The notes under the pieces: model-generated
Database searches by the model: none
What the model was told of the DNA's origin: nothing
Seen by the model: only the letters and a program-made list of their open reading frames with translations
Made by a program: the position numbers and the translations under genes
Shown here: piece after piece, positions 52,186 to 57,752 of the stretch
How the letters are laid out: each line of letters opens with the position of its first letter
Position numbering within the stretch: the first letter of the stretch is position 1
Assembly: GCA_964493955.1 (NCBI GenBank)
Contig: CAZBPZ010000001.1
Span: 1 to 57,752, forward strand
Reading direction: 5' to 3'
DNA from: an uncultured Dehalococcoidales bacterium
GTDB lineage: Bacteria; Chloroflexota; Dehalococcoidia; Dehalococcoidales; Fen-1064
DNA length: 57,752 nucleotides

Positions 52186-52215
52186 AACGGCGGCGCGGTA
52201 GCATCCGGGACAGGT

Positions 52216-52458
52216 ATGCCAGCCAGGACGGGACCCCCCATAACCACCAATGCTGCCAGGTGCACCGGCTGCCGCATCTGCGAGCTGCGCTGCTCCTTCC
52301 GCTTCGAGCGCAGCTTCCGGCCAGCCGGGGCCGCCATAGCGGTGCGCTTTACCGACCCGCCGGGTGAGTTCTCCATCACGTTCGGGGACAACTGCGACGG
52401 CTGCGGCATCTGCGTGCGCTTCTGCCCCTACGGGGCATTGCAGCAGGAGGAGCCGTAG
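52216..52458 (+). CDS. small 2x[4Fe-4S] ferredoxin-like protein
   Basis: 80 aa. CTGCRICELRC and CDGCGICVRFCP motifs. It is the only credible part of the 475-aa ORF 51031-52458. Stop lies 2 nt before the AOR-like ATG. Confidence 0.7.
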   Translation: MPARTGPPITTNAARCTGCRICELRCSFRFERSFRPAGAAIAVRFTDPPGEFSITFGDNCDGCGICVRFCPYGALQQEEP

Positions 52459-52460
52459 CC

Positions 52461-54314
52461 ATGGTGTCCCGGGCCGCCCGCGTGCTCTATGTTGACCTTT
52501 CGGCCGGCACCAGCCGCCCTGCCCGGCTCGACCCGGCCCTGTCAGAGAGTCTCATCGGCGGCTTCGGCATCAACAACCGGCTGGTGTTTGACCTTGTCCC
52601 GCCGGGGACACCGCCGCTCTCGCCGCAGAACCCCGTCATCCTCGGGGCCGGGCTCTTCGCCGGTACCATCATCCCCGGCTCGGCCAAGCTTCTGGTAACG
52701 ACACGCTTTCCCATCAACGGGGCCTTCGCCACCGCCTCCGGTGGAGGGGCTTTTCCCCTCTACCTGAAGTCAGCCGGCTACGACCACGTTGTCATCGCCG
52801 GCCGCGTCCCACGGCCATCGGTGCTGTTGATTTCTGAGGGCGGTGCCACCTGCGAGGCGGCAAATGACCTCTGGGGGCAGGACACTTACACCACTGATGA
52901 GGCCCTGCGGGCAAAGTACGGTGAGTGCAGCGTGGTGGCAATCGGCCCGGCGGGTGAGAACCTGGTGGCAAGCTCAATTGCCTTCGTGGACCGCGCCGGG
53001 ACGGTGGGGCGCGGTGGCCTGGCAGCGGTACTCGCTAGCAAGAACCTGAAGGCAATCGTGGTGGTGCGGGGAGGCGTTCCCACCGGGGTGGCAGACCACG
53101 TTGCCCTGCAGCGTATCGTCAACCGCCTCCACCAGCGCATGATGGACTGGCCGGGGCGGTTGCCGGTGGTGGAGCAGGGACTCTTTCCGGCCCCGCCGGA
53201 GATGAGTGAGGTTCACCGGCGGACACGGCGGCCGCTGGCCTGCCCCACCTGTCCCCTGGCCGATAAGCTCATGGTGCGGCTTGACGAAGGCCCTTACGCT
53301 GGCCTGCGTACCTACATGCCGCACCTTTCCATCTACCCCTTCACCGCCAGTGACCCCCGGCAGCAGTACGAACACTCCATCCGCTTTATTGACGCCCTCA
53401 ACCGCCACGGCATCGGCGGTACTAACTTCACCGGGCTGTTCTTCACGCTGGTCGAGCTGTTCCAGAGAGGCATCATCGGGCCGCGGGACACTGGCGGTAT
53501 TACCCTCAAGCCTGATATTGAGACGGCGCTTGAACTGGTACGGCTCACGTCCTGCCGCCAGGGATTCGGTGAGTTGCTGGCCCGGGGGCCGGCTGCCGTG
53601 GCCGGGGCCCTGGGCGAAAGGGGACGGGCCATTGCCCACATCAAGGGCAACGGGATAGTACAGGACCCGCGGCTTGGCGGACTGGGGACGATGGAGTTTG
53701 AGCAGCTCACAATGCCGCGTGGTGCCCACGTGGCGGCTGCCGGCTCTCCGTCGTACGAGCCGGGGCGCCCCTTTGCCGACTTCCTGCGCCACGGCGAGCG
53801 CATGGGCGCACCACCCGGGTCACTGGCGCGCCTGGAATCCGAGGGGCGCTTCAACCCCGGCCTGTACAGCCGCTTCAGCGAGGACTGGTACGCCCTCTTC
53901 AACTGCCTGGGCCTTTGCAACCGTGCCCAGGTGAACCGCTTCTACCATGTTGATACCATTGCCGAGCTCTACACGGCCGTCACCGGGGTGGAGGCCGGGG
54001 CCCGTGACCTGATGGCTGCCGCCGAGCGTGCCTGGACGCTGGGCAAGCTACTCAACGTGCGCGAGGGGTTTGACCGGCGGCATGACAGCGTGCCCGATGC
54101 CTGGTTCGAGCCGCTGGCACGGGGCGGCGAGACCCTGCGTATTCACGACTACGCCGGCACCACCGAGCTCACCCCGGCCGACCTGCAGAGGTACCTGGAC
54201 GATTACTACCGGGAGCGGGGCTATGACCTTACCACCGGCCTGCCGACCCGGCGCCTCCTCAGGCGGCTGGGGCTGGAAGAGCTGGCTACCGGCCTGGAGC
54301 TACCGGAAGGCTAG
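52461..54314 (+). CDS. divergent aldehyde:ferredoxin oxidoreductase (AOR) family protein
   Basis: N-terminal AOR domain (YVDLS...IGGFGINNRLVF..., LYLKSAGYDHVVIAG) and collinear similarity to 5939-7765. Altered cluster and active-site motifs (see findings). Confidence 0.8.
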   Translation: MVSRAARVLYVDLSAGTSRPARLDPALSESLIGGFGINNRLVFDLVPPGTPPLSPQNPVILGAGLFAGTIIPGSAKLLVTTRFPINGAFATASGGGAFPLYLKSAGYDHVVIAGRVPRPSVLLISEGGATCEAANDLWGQDTYTTDEALRAKYGECSVVAIGPAGENLVASSIAFVDRAGTVGRGGLAAVLASKNLKAIVVVRGGVPTGVADHVALQRIVNRLHQRMMDWPGRLPVVEQGLFPAPPEMSEVHRRTRRPLACPTCPLADKLMVRLDEGPYAGLRTYMPHLSIYPFTASDPRQQYEHSIRFIDALNRHGIGGTNFTGLFFTLVELFQRGIIGPRDTGGITLKPDIETALELVRLTSCRQGFGELLARGPAAVAGALGERGRAIAHIKGNGIVQDPRLGGLGTMEFEQLTMPRGAHVAAAGSPSYEPGRPFADFLRHGERMGAPPGSLARLESEGRFNPGLYSRFSEDWYALFNCLGLCNRAQVNRFYHVDTIAELYTAVTGVEAGARDLMAAAERAWTLGKLLNVREGFDRRHDSVPDAWFEPLARGGETLRIHDYAGTTELTPADLQRYLDDYYRERGYDLTTGLPTRRLLRRLGLEELATGLELPEG

Positions 54315-56290
54315 CGGCCAACCACGGTGACAACCGGCAGGTGGTCGGAGGCAGTTGTTACCGGCACGTAGTACTCAAGGGCCCTGAGGTCCGGGGACAG
54401 CCAGACGTAGTCAATACGCTGGTATGGTGCGGTCGAGATGAACGTCAGGGTGTTACTGTTCCGGCCGCTGTCCACCAGCCCGGCCTGCCGGAGCACGGCT
54501 ATCTCGGCGGAGTCCGGCTCGGCGTTCAGGTCACCGGCCAGCACCGTCATCCCGCGTCCGGCCCAGTACCCTACCAGCACCGGTGCCTGGATGAGCCGTA
54601 CCTGCGAATCGGCCGGGACATGGTGGAAGTGGGTGGCAATCACGCGGAGACGCTGCCCCCCGCCGATGTCCACCACGGCCGAGGTTATACCCCTCGGCAG
54701 AAAGAGGTCACGCGGTGGCAGCTCCACCGTTTCGCTGGAGATGATGGGGTAACGGCTCAGGATGGCATTACCCCAGTACGGCCCGGCCGTTGGCCCGAAG
54801 ACGCAGGTCATCCCCAGCCGGCGCGACAGCCAGCCCAGCATGTCAAGGCGGCCGCTGACAAGCCAGCCCCGTGATACCTCCTGGAGGGCAACGATATCCG
54901 GGTTGCTTTCCTCGATGACCCGGGCCAGGGCCTCCATGTCCAGCCGGCCGGAAGGACTGAAGCCGTTATGTAAATTATAGCTCATGACCCGCACCGGCAG
55001 GCCGCTACCGGTCACCGGTGGCGGGGCCTGCCAGGCAAGCAGTACGCCGACCATCGGCAGGAGGAGCAGGCCCGCCAGGCCAGGTATGAGCCAGCCGCGC
55101 ACCTCCAGCGTGATATGCCAGCGACAGGAGACGCCAGCCAGGCCACCCAGCAGGGCCAGGCCGGTACCGGCGGCAGTCTCCAGCGCGGTATTCTCGTAAG
55201 GCAGGTTGACCTGATAGACGACGTAGTACCCCAGCAGGAGCGCCACCAGCAGCACCATACCCGTGCCGGCAGCCGGTGGTACTACCCCGTGCCTGGTCGG
55301 GCGCGCCGCGCCGGCTGCGGCAGCCACCAGCACGCCAAAGAGGACCACCAGGGCCACCTGGCCCAGGAAACTCATGATGGTGGCGTAGCCATCCACGTAA
55401 CCGGGCACCACCACGGCCGTTATCAGCAGCAGGCCACTCACCACCGCCACCGGTCCCAGTGGCCTCGGCCCCGCCCTGAAGAGGCGTACCATACCTACCA
55501 GCCCCACCAGCTCGGCCAGCAGGACCCAGCCGGATGCCAGCGGCAGCGGCCAGCCGCTCAGGGTTGCCAGGCGCGCCGCATTTTGAAACACCACCAGCTC
55601 CAGGAACAGGAAAAGGCCGACGCCGGCCCATGACCAGCCGGCCAGGCTACCCACCGGCTGGTGTGTCTGGCCAGACCTCACCCCGCCCAGTCCCATCAGC
55701 ATTGTCCAGAGCGCCACTACCAGCAGGCCGGTAAGCAGGAGGAACGGCCATTCGGTCCGCCAGGCCAGGTCATATGTCAGCAGCCCGCCGCTGATGGTGG
55801 TGTCCAGCATCAACCCCGTAATGATGCCCAGGGCATAGTGGGCCGGGGCCTCGGGGCTCTTCTGGTTGAGGCTGGTCATGAGGCCCACCGGCAGGTACAG
55901 AACGAACAGGGCTACTCCCGGTGCGGCAACTCCCAGGTTTACGAGCGGCTCGCCCCACCAGGGCTGCACCAGCAACCGGGCCAGGGCCAGGCCGCCGGCC
56001 GTAACCACCACCGAGCGCAGCGGGCCGAGCCGCCGCCAGAGTATCCCGCTGAGGAAGGCCGCCGCGAATATGGCCAGGGCAATGCCGCCCAGCACAGAGG
56101 CATCCAGGCCAAGCCGGTCTCCCAGGGTCCACGTCAGCCCGGGAATGAAAACGCGCAGGAGCTCCAGGCCAAAGAGGGTGGCCACGGCGGGCACGCCAAC
56201 GGCGCAAACGGCTGGCGGTGGCTGCAGCCAGGTTGCGGTGAAGGTACCCCTCTCACCGGGACGGGCCGGTGGCGTTCTGGGCTGGCTCAA
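54311..56290 (-). CDS. polytopic membrane protein with C-terminal endonuclease/exonuclease/phosphatase (EEP) domain
   Basis: About 400 aa of TM helices, then VRVMSYNLHNG...IVALQEV...GDLN...SDHLPV. TTG start. Confidence 0.8.
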   Translation of the reverse strand: MSQPRTPPARPGERGTFTATWLQPPPAVCAVGVPAVATLFGLELLRVFIPGLTWTLGDRLGLDASVLGGIALAIFAAAFLSGILWRRLGPLRSVVVTAGGLALARLLVQPWWGEPLVNLGVAAPGVALFVLYLPVGLMTSLNQKSPEAPAHYALGIITGLMLDTTISGGLLTYDLAWRTEWPFLLLTGLLVVALWTMLMGLGGVRSGQTHQPVGSLAGWSWAGVGLFLFLELVVFQNAARLATLSGWPLPLASGWVLLAELVGLVGMVRLFRAGPRPLGPVAVVSGLLLITAVVVPGYVDGYATIMSFLGQVALVVLFGVLVAAAAGAARPTRHGVVPPAAGTGMVLLVALLLGYYVVYQVNLPYENTALETAAGTGLALLGGLAGVSCRWHITLEVRGWLIPGLAGLLLLPMVGVLLAWQAPPPVTGSGLPVRVMSYNLHNGFSPSGRLDMEALARVIEESNPDIVALQEVSRGWLVSGRLDMLGWLSRRLGMTCVFGPTAGPYWGNAILSRYPIISSETVELPPRDLFLPRGITSAVVDIGGGQRLRVIATHFHHVPADSQVRLIQAPVLVGYWAGRGMTVLAGDLNAEPDSAEIAVLRQAGLVDSGRNSNTLTFISTAPYQRIDYVWLSPDLRALEYYVPVTTASDHLPVVTVVGR

Positions 56291-56343
56291 CTTCTTCTAG
56301 CCTCGGTAGCCCCGCGACGTACCCCTGTCCGGGACCGGCGTCT

Positions 56344-57552
56344 TCACTGTAGCCTGGAGACATGACCGCAGTGCGGGCACCTGACACTGTCACCACGGTA
56401 CTCGGGTGGCACTCTCAGCCTGGTGCCGCACTCACAGTCAACGGTACGGAAGTTGGCCTGGCGCCACATCAGGTCGGACACCTCGCGGGCGCGCTCCAGC
56501 CGTGACGGCTCTCCGGTGTCCCTGGGCCGTTCCACGGCCTGCAGTCCCGGGGTGCCCGCTGCCGCCACGGTGCGGGGAGAAAACAGCCTGCCCCGGCCCC
56601 GGTGAAGACTGCGATAGGCCTGCTCGTAGTCGGCCAGCGAGGCCCCGCCCATGGACCTCAGGATCCGGACACGCTCCTCAATGGGCGGGTGGGTGCTCAT
56701 GAGGCTGCCTGCCTGCCGGCCCCGGGCCTGCATGGGGTGGACGATGTACATCGGGGCGGTGGCCTGGTTGGCCCGCTTCACCGGCAGGCGCGAGGCTCCC
56801 AGCTTTTCCAGGGCAGAGGCCAGGCCTTCCGGGTACCGCGTGTAGAGGGCGGCCGAGGCGTCCGCCAGGAACTCGCGACGGCGGGAGATGGCGAAGTAGA
56901 TCAGGTAGGCAAAGATGGGGGCCAGGACTGCCAGCGCAATGGCCACCACCATAATCAGGAGCTGGGCCTGCCCCCCGCCGGCCGAAGAGCGGCGGCGGCC
57001 GCCGTAGAGCCCGCCAAACAGCATCAACCGCGAGGCGTACCAGGAAAGCATGACGATTGTGCCCAGCAAGACGCCGGCAAATGCCATCAGGAGGACATCG
57101 CGGTTCTTGATGTGGGCAATCTCATGGGCAATCACGCCCTGCAATTCGTCACGGTTGAGTTTCTGGAGCAACCCGGAGGTAATTGCCACGGCGGCGTGCT
57201 TCGGGTCGCGCCCGGTGGCAAAGGCATTCAGGGCAGGGTCATCAATAATATAGACGTCCGGCAGGTATTCCAGGCCGGAGGCAAGCTTCATCTCCTCGAC
57301 GATGTTGTAAAGCCGGGGGTGGTCCTCACGGTTGATTTTGCGCGCCCCGGCAATACGCAGCATGATGTTGTCGCCCTGGAAGTAGGCCACCAGGTTCATC
57401 ACCAGCAGCACGATGGCGGCAATGATAATCCCACCGGTCGGGCTACCGAGGAAAGCCTCGCCCAGAAAATAGCCGATGGCCAGCAGCAAACCTGCCATAC
57501 CAGCCACCAGCACGACCGAGCGGATGCGGTTGGAGCGAATCTGTTCCCACAT
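56344..57552 (-). CDS. htpX: M48 family zinc metalloprotease (HtpX-like) with C-terminal zinc ribbon
   Basis: HEIAHIKNRD (HExxH), four TM segments, C-terminal CECGTRLRV...CPHCGH. Confidence 0.85.
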   Translation of the reverse strand: MWEQIRSNRIRSVVLVAGMAGLLLAIGYFLGEAFLGSPTGGIIIAAIVLLVMNLVAYFQGDNIMLRIAGARKINREDHPRLYNIVEEMKLASGLEYLPDVYIIDDPALNAFATGRDPKHAAVAITSGLLQKLNRDELQGVIAHEIAHIKNRDVLLMAFAGVLLGTIVMLSWYASRLMLFGGLYGGRRRSSAGGGQAQLLIMVVAIALAVLAPIFAYLIYFAISRRREFLADASAALYTRYPEGLASALEKLGASRLPVKRANQATAPMYIVHPMQARGRQAGSLMSTHPPIEERVRILRSMGGASLADYEQAYRSLHRGRGRLFSPRTVAAAGTPGLQAVERPRDTGEPSRLERAREVSDLMWRQANFRTVDCECGTRLRVPPEYRGDSVRCPHCGHVSRLQ

Positions 57553-57570
57553 AAAGCCTTACCGGTAGCC

Positions 57571-57752
57571 CTAGGTAAAGCTTACCCGGGGTGCCTCTCG
57601 CTCCGCCGGGGCCTCCACCTCGAAATACTCCCCCATGTGGAAGCCGGTCAGGCCGGCCACGATGTTTGAGGGGAACATCTGCACCTTGTTATTTAGCTGC
57701 AACACGGCATCGTTGTAGTACTGCCGGGCAAAGCTGATGCGGTTCTCGGTGG
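57571..57752 (-). CDS. lemA: LemA family protein (C-terminal 60 aa; 5' part beyond the window edge)
   Basis: The reverse strand translates to TENRISFARQYYNDAVLQLNNKVQMFPSNIVAGLTGF..., the LemA C-terminal consensus. Directly upstream of htpX, as in the conserved lemA-htpX pair. Confidence 0.8.
   Translation of the reverse strand, partial: TENRISFARQYYNDAVLQLNNKVQMFPSNIVAGLTGFHMGEYFEVEAPAEREAPRVSFT

Noticed and set aside
51031-52215. N-terminal ~395 codons of the 475-aa plus-strand ORF
   Set aside because: This part is antisense to the 2-hydroxyacid dehydrogenase and then crosses the divergent promoter region. Only the last 80 codons (52216-52458) encode a recognisable ferredoxin.
1-57752. 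CRISPR arrays, rRNA genes, transposases or IS elements, prophage genes
   Set aside because: I scanned the intergenic regions and the ORF translations. I found no regularly spaced short repeats, no rRNA-like conserved blocks, and no DDE, tyrosine or serine recombinase or phage structural motifs.

Overview
High-GC (by eye about two-thirds G+C) bacterial chromosomal window, almost fully coding. I call 54 protein-coding loci, including one truncated thiolase remnant and one gene cut by the right edge. I also call one tRNA-Gly(CCC), one strong bidirectional terminator, and a set of sigma70-like promoters, palindromes and direct repeats. I see no rRNA, CRISPR array, transposase or integrase. The gene content (UPF0182, PAC2, DapL-type lysine pathway, two tungsten-type AOR homologues, RACo plus pterin-binding methyltransferase, many GNATs and amidases) suggests a Chloroflexota- or Actinobacteria-like organism; this is inference only. 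Main blocks, left to right: (1) an AT-rich cassette-like island (1-1350) holding an orphan HEPN-like ORF and hicB-hicA, each unit followed by a related repeat; (2) a minus-strand operon Fe-ADH/AOR/dapF/dapL/hflX; (3) an ECF sigma/anti-sigma pair; (4) a GNAT / two-domain GNAT / PIG-L deacetylase / glyoxalase-II-like cluster; (5) a queA-UPF0182-HAD-queH operon; (6) a partial corrinoid methyl-transfer module (RACo, MeTr) with an amidase; (7) a fused double-FtsX permease with two different ATPases; (8) a proVWX-type betaine transporter behind a ~460-nt untranslated region, with a circularly permuted ProX; (9) a divergent redox cluster (two ACADs, flavin reductase, 2-hydroxyacid dehydrogenase <-> ferredoxin plus a divergent AOR-like protein) controlled from a symmetric inverted repeat; (10) an EEP-domain membrane protein and lemA-htpX. 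Many long ORFs in the six-frame track are antisense shadow ORFs typical of high-GC DNA and were rejected. All functional calls come from motif and family recognition by eye. No database search was run.
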